From: an uncultured delta proteobacterium
GTDB lineage: Bacteria; Myxococcota; Myxococcia; Myxococcales; 40CM-4-68-19
Reading direction: 5' to 3'
DNA: 20,000 bases
NCBI GenBank assembly: GCA_903911145.1
Contig: CAIWCD010000015.1
Location: 44,237-64,236 of the forward strand
Made by a program: the position numbers and the translations under genes. The notes under the pieces are model-generated. The model did not search any database, was not told the origin of the DNA, and saw only the letters and a program-made list of their open reading frames with translations. Below are positions 18,997-20,000 of this stretch, in pieces; position 1 is the first letter of the stretch; each line of letters starts with the position of its first letter.

Positions 18997-18997
18997 G

Positions 18998-19807
18998 ATG
19001 CACGCCGAAACACGCTCATCGATTCCGCCCGAACTTCGAAGGTCCTACCTGCGTCTACTCCCCGAGGCCCAGGAGCTTTACCTTGAGCGACTGGTTGAGC
19101 AGGCAGAGAAGCTCGTCCTCTTCGAAAGAGGACGACCGGTTGGGTATGCCGCGATCCACAACGCAACCCTCGTCGAGTTCTTCGTCGTCCCCGAAAAGCG
19201 CGACAAGCTTGACGAGGCATTGGCATCAGTCGAGGCGTTTGGATTCCGGCGTGTGCTCAGCAAGACTTTCGACGAGCCACTGCTGGCCGCACTCTCCGCA
19301 TTGGACATGCATTCCCGCACTGTCGGCGTGCTGTTCCGCCGTATCAACCCAGCCCCTTCACCGCCGCTGGTGCCTTGCGTCGCGCGCTTTGGCGGCATCG
19401 GGGACATTGATGCGGTTCTCGCGATTCACGATGGCTTCTTCGACTCGGCGGCCGAGGTAGCGGACTACGCACGCAGCGGAGGGCTGGTGCTCTTCGCCGA
19501 CGTTTCGCGTCACCTGCTTGGTTGCGGGGTGATGCGGAGAATCACCGAGGAACAAGAGTTCGTCGATATCGGGATGGTGGTGGCCCCCAGCCACCGAACC
19601 CGCGGACTGGGCGCGCAGATCGCTTGGTGGCTCAAGGACTACTGTGAGCGAAAAGCAATCAAGCCTGTGTGTGGCTGCGACGTCGAGAACATCGGCTCGC
19701 GCAAGGCCCTCGAACGCGCAGGCTTCCGCTCGATCCATCGCCTCCTCGAGTTCAGTCGGACGAGTCCAAATCAGGCTGATTCGCTGCCCCTGCGAAGCCC
19801 TCGCTGA
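18998..19807 (+). CDS. GNAT-family acetyltransferase, probably tandem-domain (269 aa)
   Basis: GGAGG then ATG 18998. PVGYAAI..TLVEFFV in the N-half; DIGMVVAPSHRTRGLG and CGCDVENIGSRKALERAGF in the C-half. Confidence 0.85.
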   Translation: MHAETRSSIPPELRRSYLRLLPEAQELYLERLVEQAEKLVLFERGRPVGYAAIHNATLVEFFVVPEKRDKLDEALASVEAFGFRRVLSKTFDEPLLAALSALDMHSRTVGVLFRRINPAPSPPLVPCVARFGGIGDIDAVLAIHDGFFDSAAEVADYARSGGLVLFADVSRHLLGCGVMRRITEEQEFVDIGMVVAPSHRTRGLGAQIAWWLKDYCERKAIKPVCGCDVENIGSRKALERAGFRSIHRLLEFSRTSPNQADSLPLRSPR

Positions 19808-19856
19808 CAACATCGCGTCAGAGGTTCGTGGCCGCAGCCAAACGACATGAAGGCGC

Positions 19857-19906
19857 ACAAAAAGACGAAGGCCCCTGTTCGCGCAACGCGCGTAACAGGG
19901 GCCTTC
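19857..19906 (-). terminator. rRNA operon intrinsic terminator
   Basis: 13-bp stem GAAGGCCCCTGTT / AACAGGGGCCTTC, followed on the minus strand by GTCTTTTTGT, just downstream of 5S. Confidence 0.85.
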
Positions 19907-19915
19907 AATAAAAAA

Positions 19916-20000
19916 TCCGGCAGCGACCTACTCTCCCACACGGAAACCGTGCAGTACCATCGGCTCTGGAGGGCTTGACTTCCGTGTTCGGGATGGGAAC
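19916..20000 (-). rRNA. rrf: 5S rRNA, 3' portion (truncated by window edge)
   Basis: Reverse complement GTTCCCATCCCGAACACGGAAGTCAAGCC...GCCGATGGTACTGC...GTGGGAGAGTAGGTCGCTGCCGGA. Confidence 0.98.

Noticed and set aside
18587..18997. Upstream extension of the 406-aa ORF, suggesting a frameshift fusion of the two GNATs
   Set aside because: The extension has no protein-like motifs, and the second gene has its own GGAGG and ATG at 18998.

Overview
GC-rich bacterial chromosomal window, most likely Myxococcota/deltaproteobacterial (inferred from gene style and synteny). It is mostly core metabolism. Minus strand: mdh (5' part), a TPR/Cys-rich exported protein, an alpha/beta hydrolase, a large lipase-like lipoprotein, an M19 dipeptidase, a fold-III PLP enzyme, a YchJ/SEC-C protein, icd and an Asp-box propeller lipoprotein. 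Plus strand: an acidic Zn-ribbon protein and pyk. Minus strand again: a ComEA-like HhH protein, DUF2252, an aspartate aminotransferase and coaD. Plus strand: a sigma70 promoter, 6S RNA, a terminator, 5-FTHF cyclo-ligase, YmdB, tyrS and two GNATs, the first broken by an in-frame TGA. The window ends in an rrn terminator and the 3' part of a 5S rRNA on the minus strand. No CRISPR array, transposase or phage gene is visible. The most unusual signals are: (1) an AT-rich 13-bp-arm palindrome read in frame inside the dipeptidase gene, whose arm recurs exactly in the ygfA-ymdB gap where RNase Y would normally sit; (2) a related CIRCE-like site upstream of the aminotransferase; (3) a six-gene block separating icd from mdh; (4) the nonsense-interrupted GNAT. 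I cannot establish a wholly new system from sequence alone.
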